Origin: a virus
Taxonomy: Duplodnaviria > Caudoviricetes
Strand: one strand, 5' to 3'
Virus record (IMG/VR): IMGVR_UViG_3300007973_000016
Coordinates: 1-30,393 of that record
DNA length: 30,393 nucleotides
This document shows positions 25,518 to 30,393 of the stretch, piece after piece (position 1 is the first letter of the stretch; the number at the start of each line of letters is the position of its first letter). A program made the position numbers and the translations under genes. The notes beneath the pieces are model-generated. The model saw only the letters and a program-made list of their open reading frames with translations, made no database searches and was not told the DNA's origin.

Positions 25518-26494
25518 ATCGATTCACACGCTACATCCAAGACCCAGCCGGTGCTCATGCATTGGTCTACAAGAAGCCTTTCGAGGACTTCGAGATCGCA
25601 ACGCTGATGCTCAGCGCAATCGCGTATCGCAACATGATCGGCCCAATCACGCTATGCTGTGACGAGCGTGGAGAACAGTTCGCTGAGACCTCCGGAATCG
25701 GTCGTCTTTACGATGATGTTCGACGCCTATGGATTGATCCTCGCATTAACCAGGATACGTACTGGGCAGCAGGAAAGATTGCCGCGCTCAACCTAATGAA
25801 TGCTCCGTGCATCCTCGTCGACTTGGACGCGGTTCTGTGGCGGAGGCCGTCGACCTGGAACGACGTGAACGTCCTGCATGACGAACCGCGCCACTGGGAG
25901 GCATATGCCTGGAACAGCCTATGGTCTGAAGCCGAAGACATCATCAAGACTACAGAGCTTCCGTGCGTCTCACCGCTCAACACGGCGATACTGGGCTTCA
26001 ACGACCAGGAGATCCTCAGTGAGTACCGCTACCTAGCCGACACACTGATGGTTCGTGGGAGCGTCAAGGGCGTGACTGCAGCGCACAAGGTGTTGATCAA
26101 GGGATCTGGCCGCGACGTACCTGTCACCGAGATGGTGTTCGCTGAGCAGTACTCATTGCCGATGCTGTGCGGTGTGATGGGCAAGCGCGTTGGCAAGATC
26201 ACTACGCTCGACATCGCATCTGATCATCCGGTGAAGAACAAGACGGCCTACCACCTGTGGAACTCGAAGCGGTTCTACGCCCAGCACGGTCGTGCTCGCG
26301 AGGTGTACCTATCATGGGTGATGGACGAGATCTGGAACATCGTGGAGGGAACGAACGACGAGTCGATCGTCCGCGCCATCGCCAACAAGCTGAATCTCCC
26401 GACCATCAGGGTCATCGATGGCAATACCGACGCTGTTCGTTGGTCGCGCCAGGGTGAGTGGTTCGGGCCGGGAGAAACCGTTACGAGACTATGA
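25514..26494 (+). CDS. Putative nucleotide-sugar transferase (DUF6734-like, GT-A DxD)
   Basis: LMLSA, YWAAGKIAAL, PCILVDLDAVLW, NTAILG, FAEQY and YHLW motifs. Confidence 0.6.
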   Translation: MNRFTRYIQDPAGAHALVYKKPFEDFEIATLMLSAIAYRNMIGPITLCCDERGEQFAETSGIGRLYDDVRRLWIDPRINQDTYWAAGKIAALNLMNAPCILVDLDAVLWRRPSTWNDVNVLHDEPRHWEAYAWNSLWSEAEDIIKTTELPCVSPLNTAILGFNDQEILSEYRYLADTLMVRGSVKGVTAAHKVLIKGSGRDVPVTEMVFAEQYSLPMLCGVMGKRVGKITTLDIASDHPVKNKTAYHLWNSKRFYAQHGRAREVYLSWVMDEIWNIVEGTNDESIVRAIANKLNLPTIRVIDGNTDAVRWSRQGEWFGPGETVTRL

Positions 26495-26751
26495 ATCCAA
26501 CAAAGAAAACGAGGGTGCGCTGCTGCAAATTCGAGGCATTGGCGCAGGGGAAGGTCTGGGTGTTCCGCTGGGATCCCAGGAGGCAGATGCTTCAGGGCTG
26601 GCAGAAGCATACCAGGCTCAAGCGTAGCATCAGCGGCGACGTGCTCGCTGACGCGATCGCAGGCCAGTTCGACCTGTTCAAGGCAAAGCCTGTGCCAACC
26701 GTCTCCATGAAAGTGAACAAAGTGATGCATGAGGTTTGTTCACTTTCGTAG
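26491..26751 (+). CDS. Hypothetical protein
   Basis: ATGA-coupled start at 26491; fills the operon. Confidence 0.6.
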   Translation: MNPTKKTRVRCCKFEALAQGKVWVFRWDPRRQMLQGWQKHTRLKRSISGDVLADAIAGQFDLFKAKPVPTVSMKVNKVMHEVCSLS

Positions 26752-27037
26752 ACTGCGTGAGTGGATCGCTGTTCTCCACGCCGAGGGGAAGGATCCAGGA
26801 ATTTGGATGCTCCGATTCCTTCTTTCCCCTTGGCGATGGAGATCGCGTCGTACTACGCTCGCGCTACTTCGTCAGTGTGCTCGGTGTCCGTTGTACGGGA
26901 GGGATCTCCACAGATGCAGGCCATGGCAGAATGCGCCTTATGGGTGCGGATGCCATATGCCTACCAAGATCCGCTTTGGAGGGGGATGTTGGGCAAGGGA
27001 GACAGGACAGCCGCAAGACGTTGGTTGGCATGAGTGA
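26729..27037 (+). CDS. Cys-rich putative metal-binding protein
   Basis: RQCARCP...RC...GCGCHMPTK...GCW pattern. Confidence 0.65.
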   Translation: MRFVHFRRLREWIAVLHAEGKDPGIWMLRFLLSPWRWRSRRTTLALLRQCARCPLYGRDLHRCRPWQNAPYGCGCHMPTKIRFGGGCWARETGQPQDVGWHE

Positions 27038-27689
27038 TACATCTCACGAGATTGATTTCTGGGACTCAGTTCTTGAGACCAGGGGAGGTCAGTGGTCGAC
27101 TGATTTCCAGCACCGCATGGATCCTGAATCACAGGTATGCTGGTTCATGCGAGGAAAGCTCTTCGCAAACGCAGAGGTGCTCGATGTGGGCGCTGGACCG
27201 CTTACCACAGTGGGAAAGCGTTGCGGAGAGGATCGCATCATCGTCACTGCTGTGGATCCCCTTGCTGAGGGATACAGGAGCCTACTGAAGAAGCATGGAA
27301 TCGTTCCGCCAGTCAGGACCATCCTTGGATTTGGGGAGGGGTTATACGAGCAGTTCGGTGCCAACCGTTTCGACCTGGTCAACGCTCAGAACAGTATCGA
27401 TCACAGTCTTCACCCGATGACTGTGATACTTGAGATGATCTCTGTTGCAAGGCCAGGTGGATGGGTAACGCTGCTTCATAATCGAAACGAGGGTGAGAGG
27501 AGGAAGTACCATGGAATGCATGGGTGGAACTTCGATATGTGGGGCGATGCGCTAGTGCTGTGGAACAAGGACCGATTCTACAACGTCACGAAGCAGGTTC
27601 AGCACGTTGCCGACTGCACTGTGCAGGAGCTCGAAGGCGACATAATTTTTGCGGAGATACGCAAAAGGAAAGGAGGTGAAGTAAAGTGA
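27030..27689 (+). CDS. Class I SAM-dependent methyltransferase
   Basis: VLDVGAGP (motif I), AVDPLA, FDLVNAQNSIDH and RPGG motifs. True start likely ATG 27030 rather than 26736. Confidence 0.85.
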   Translation: MSDTSHEIDFWDSVLETRGGQWSTDFQHRMDPESQVCWFMRGKLFANAEVLDVGAGPLTTVGKRCGEDRIIVTAVDPLAEGYRSLLKKHGIVPPVRTILGFGEGLYEQFGANRFDLVNAQNSIDHSLHPMTVILEMISVARPGGWVTLLHNRNEGERRKYHGMHGWNFDMWGDALVLWNKDRFYNVTKQVQHVADCTVQELEGDIIFAEIRKRKGGEVK

Positions 27690-27778
27690 AAGGATCCAAA
27701 GGTTCTAAGCCCGTGAAGGGCGGCAAGCCGTTCCCGCCGAAGGGTGGCAAGGGCGGCAAGGGTGGCAAGATGTGCTAA
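27686..27778 (+). CDS. 30-aa Lys/Gly-rich peptide MKGSKGSKPVKGGKPFPPKGGKGGKGGKMC
   Basis: Perfect SD AGGAGGTG at 27671-27678, GTGA overlap with the MTase stop, and phage-typical codons. Below the ORF-track size cutoff. Confidence 0.75.
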   Translation: MKGSKGSKPVKGGKPFPPKGGKGGKGGKMC

Positions 27779-27801
27779 CCCCAAACCGCAACAATGTTGA
27801 C

Positions 27802-27838
27802 GCGGTATCCGGTGCGTGACTCGTGTGCCGGATACCGC
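27802..27838 (+). other. Strong RNA hairpin after the peptide gene
   Basis: GCGGTATCCGGTGC / GTGCCGGATACCGC form a 14-bp stem; there is no good U tract. Confidence 0.6.
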
Positions 27839-27846
27839 AATTCAAA

Positions 27847-28092
27847 ATGAGAACAAAAACTGAAGTGTCTTTGTCAGGTGGGCGTGTCGTTACAGTGATT
27901 CGAGGAAAGCTCAAACCAGAGACAGAGAAAAAGAAGTCCAACAAGCCGGTGAATCACGATATCACAATGACGTGCGTCTGCTCGTCATGGATGGATATGA
28001 GTGGGATTGCAAAGTTGATTCTCAAGCTCGAGGCTGTGGAGCACGTTTCGATAACTGGACCAGGATGGGTGGTATACGAGATTTCAAAATGA
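27847..28092 (+). CDS. Hypothetical protein
   Basis: ATG follows the hairpin; the stop overlaps the next ATG. Confidence 0.55.
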   Translation: MRTKTEVSLSGGRVVTVIRGKLKPETEKKKSNKPVNHDITMTCVCSSWMDMSGIAKLILKLEAVEHVSITGPGWVVYEISK

Positions 28093-28394
28093 ACGCAGAA
28101 TCAAAAGTAAAAGAAACCATCCAGCAGCGTGGCAACGTATACGGTGAGCCTCACCTATCGCATGAGAACATTGGACTCTGTTGGACCGCTGCAATACAGC
28201 AGCACTATGGAATCCGTCTACCTCATGCGCTTCCTCCGTTCGTCGTTGAACTGATGATGTCACAGTTCAAAATCCAGCGATCAATGAAGGTATTCCACGA
28301 GGACAATTACATTGATCTTAGAGCTTATGCTGGATTTGCGGAGCACGCTCAGCGTTGTCCTGGAGATCCATTCGATCGTAACGCTGTTACTTGA
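28089..28394 (+). CDS. DUF6378-like protein
   Basis: QRGNVYGEP...IGLCW...LMMSQFKIQR...HEDNYIDLRAYA pattern; start at ATG 28089. Confidence 0.8.
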   Translation: MNAESKVKETIQQRGNVYGEPHLSHENIGLCWTAAIQQHYGIRLPHALPPFVVELMMSQFKIQRSMKVFHEDNYIDLRAYAGFAEHAQRCPGDPFDRNAVT

Positions 28395-28450
28395 CAGTAG
28401 CTTGTTGGATTGCGCCTGATGGGGAGGTCAAGGGTTTTCCTCCTCCTCCC

Positions 28451-29344
28451 ATGAAGTCTATCAATCCTCTCTCCGTTGAAGTCTCCGAGCTCTCACGTAA
28501 CGTCCACTCCATACTAATTCCGTTTGGTCGTGGATCGAAACTGAAGGTGCTCCTGACGAGCGATGTCCACTTCGACTCCATGAAGTGCGACCGCAAGATG
28601 CTCAAACGCCACTTCGATGAAGCTCTCCAACAGAATGCTGTCATCATCATTGCAGGCGACTGGTTCGACGCCATGCAGGGGAAGTGGGATCCTCGAGGCT
28701 CCAAGGACGAGCTTCGACCCGAGTACCGTTCCGGTGCCTACTTTGACTCCGTCATCGATGACACGGTCGAGTTCCTGATGCAGTACCCTGTGGCACTACT
28801 AGCCATGGGCAACCACGAGACCTCGGTCCTCAAGCGCCACGAGATCAACATGAGCGAGCGTGTGGTGGCCCTGATGCGCTCCAAGGGACACGGCATTCGA
28901 CTTGGTGGCTACGGTGGCTGGGTGAAGTTCCGTGGTGCTGACCGGGAGTACAAGCCGGACCAGCGAGGAGGTGCTTCGGTTACAATGAAACTGAAGTATT
29001 TCCACGGATCTGGAGGCGGTGGAATGATGACCCATGGTGTGCTCTCGACCCGTCGCCAGGCATCGTTCCTACCCGATGCCGACGTGATACTCAATGGGCA
29101 CACCCATGACTCATGGATGGCCACCCTGGCACGGGAGCGCCTGAAAAACAGCCACGTCTCCATGGACTCGCAGGTCTTCATACGCACCCCAGGCTACAAG
29201 GACGACTACGGTGATGGCTCCCATGGCTGGGCTGTGGAGCGTGGGATGCCTCCGAAGCCGCTTGGAAGCGTCTGGATGGACCTGGTTTACTCTACCGGAA
29301 TGAACGAGAGAATGATCAAGATGGAGTTCAAAGTCGCGTCTTGA
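28451..29344 (+). CDS. Calcineurin-like metallophosphoesterase
   Basis: SDVH, GDWFD, GNHE, FHG and GHTH motifs. Confidence 0.88.
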   Translation: MKSINPLSVEVSELSRNVHSILIPFGRGSKLKVLLTSDVHFDSMKCDRKMLKRHFDEALQQNAVIIIAGDWFDAMQGKWDPRGSKDELRPEYRSGAYFDSVIDDTVEFLMQYPVALLAMGNHETSVLKRHEINMSERVVALMRSKGHGIRLGGYGGWVKFRGADREYKPDQRGGASVTMKLKYFHGSGGGGMMTHGVLSTRRQASFLPDADVILNGHTHDSWMATLARERLKNSHVSMDSQVFIRTPGYKDDYGDGSHGWAVERGMPPKPLGSVWMDLVYSTGMNERMIKMEFKVAS

Positions 29345-29373
29345 CCATCTCCAGGCCATGCGAGACCGATCTA

Positions 29374-29640
29374 TCAGTGGTCGGTCTCGTTGACCTCGGT
29401 CACCTGGGCGCTTCCAGAGGCTGCATAGATGCCCTGGACAACGCCAATGAACCCAGCAGGCACCTGCCACACCTGTCCGTTAGAGATGTCGACAGTGTAG
29501 TTGGTGGTGGAAACGGTCGTCCGAGACCCCAAAAGCACGTGCAGATGACCACCGCTCTCATTGTGGATGATCAGGTGCTTGCGATAGACATTGGCCGGGG
29601 CAATCACAGCTGCAGTCGTCGAGGTAAACGTCGATTTCAT
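29374..29640 (-). CDS. Small all-beta protein, possibly a virion spike/decoration
   Basis: GGAG SD; beta-strand pattern (RKHLIIHN, LHVLLG, VQGIYA); convergent with the right-arm operon. Confidence 0.6.
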   Translation of the reverse strand: MKSTFTSTTAAVIAPANVYRKHLIIHNESGGHLHVLLGSRTTVSTTNYTVDISNGQVWQVPAGFIGVVQGIYAASGSAQVTEVNETDH

Positions 29641-30318
29641 TGCTCCAGAGGATTCCCGCCACCCACAGAAACGTCAACACCCTTGACGCTACACCGCTAC
29701 AGGGGTAACACGAGCACGCCGAACCCAAGAGGAACGGCCGTGTAGCTCCTGGAAATCGCGTAAGGCGGTCCACGAGTGAAGGGATGGAGTGGAATGGGTT
29801 GAACCCCTCGCCACTTAATGCGCTCCAGGTGATCTGGAGAAGGCGTCAGCAGGCCCACGTAGCAGGCCAGGGTAGGACAAGGCGACCATCGCCCGAGGCT
29901 GACACAGGAGACCCCCACGCTCCAACCTACCCATCTCCCCTGGGAGGCTTCGTCGCCACGCCCCGCCCCAGCACGTGCCAGCCAGTGCCTCTCTCCCACC
30001 GGAGCAAGTGCCTGTAAGTGCCTGTACGATACATCAATAGCACAATCGTTGTAGTAGTACAGAGTTTATCACTGTTGCTGGACGAGTACTGGACGTTTCA
30101 AAACTGCCAAAGTCAGAAAGTTGAGAAAAGGGGGGTATGTGTCCACAGCCAGCATAGAGCTTCCCCACCCTCCCCCCTACCCACAGGGCCATTTGTTACC
30201 CTTGATAGTAAGGGCAACGGGCTGTTATCGCCATAAACTGTACTAGTAGAAGGGACTTGAGTCCCTACTGCAATAACAACAACGGGCAGCAACGCCCACC
30301 ACACAACAACGACACAAC

Positions 30319-30393
30319 ATGAGCAACAACAACAGCAAGTCCGTCACCGCCAAGTCCGCCAAGTCCGCACCGGCCAAGCCCGATGCCAAGGCC
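30319..30393 (+). CDS. Partial CDS with K/A/S-rich N-terminus (MSNNNSKSVTAKSAKSAPAKPDAKA...)
   Basis: A/C-rich leader, ATG at 30319, biased codons; runs off the right edge. Confidence 0.6.
   Translation, partial: MSNNNSKSVTAKSAKSAPAKPDAKA

Noticed and set aside
26736-27029. 98-aa N-terminal extension of the methyltransferase in the ORF track
   Set aside because: It overlaps the Cys-rich gene in another frame, and the ATG at 27030 gives a complete domain with a normal short overlap.
28391-28420. Perfect TTGACA as a sigma70 promoter
   Set aside because: There is no acceptable -10 hexamer at 16-18 bp spacing.
29690-29830. Possible tRNA or known ribozyme in the non-coding region
   Set aside because: No cloverleaf, T-loop (GTTCRA) or recognisable catalytic core was found by eye.
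1-30393. Alternative genetic code, diversity-generating retroelement, integrase or intron/intein
   Set aside because: Genes tile densely under the standard code with all three stops used. No reverse transcriptase, integrase, template/variable repeat pair or intein motifs were recognised in TerL or DnaB.

Overview
The window is about 30 kb of a tailed dsDNA phage (Caudoviricetes). It has a podovirus-like morphogenesis layout, and a lipoprotein spanin-like gene implies a diderm host. The left arm (1-17676) is read on the minus strand: portal, scaffold, 599-aa major capsid protein, capsid decoration protein, spanin-like and holin-like membrane proteins, a head-tail adaptor fused to a purple-acid-phosphatase domain, a glycosyltransferase, a 5-bladed beta-propeller glycosidase, a tail nozzle and a chain of tail-fibre proteins running off the left end. 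The right arm (17743-29344) is read on the plus strand and unusually starts with the large terminase. It continues with an HTH protein, a RusA-like locus, a Cas4/AddB-like nuclease, Sak4-like ATPase, SSB-like protein, MazG-like hydrolase, DUF1376 replication initiator with iterons, DnaB, HU-like protein, a putative glycosyltransferase, SAM methyltransferase, a tiny Lys/Gly peptide, DUF6378-like protein and a metallophosphoesterase. A roughly 680-bp non-coding region lies near the right end. Most striking observations: (1) a RusA-like resolvase whose N- and C-terminal halves are encoded in two fully overlapping reading frames; (2) next to it, a circularly permuted Cas4-like Fe-S nuclease; (3) a structural adaptor-phosphatase fusion inside a glycan-enzyme cassette in the virion operon; (4) an A9 slippery tract opening a -1 frame that ends in CxxC; (5) tail proteins with a repeating C-terminal domain followed by an N-terminal MPKFL peptide. 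All family calls come from motif recognition by eye, not database searches.
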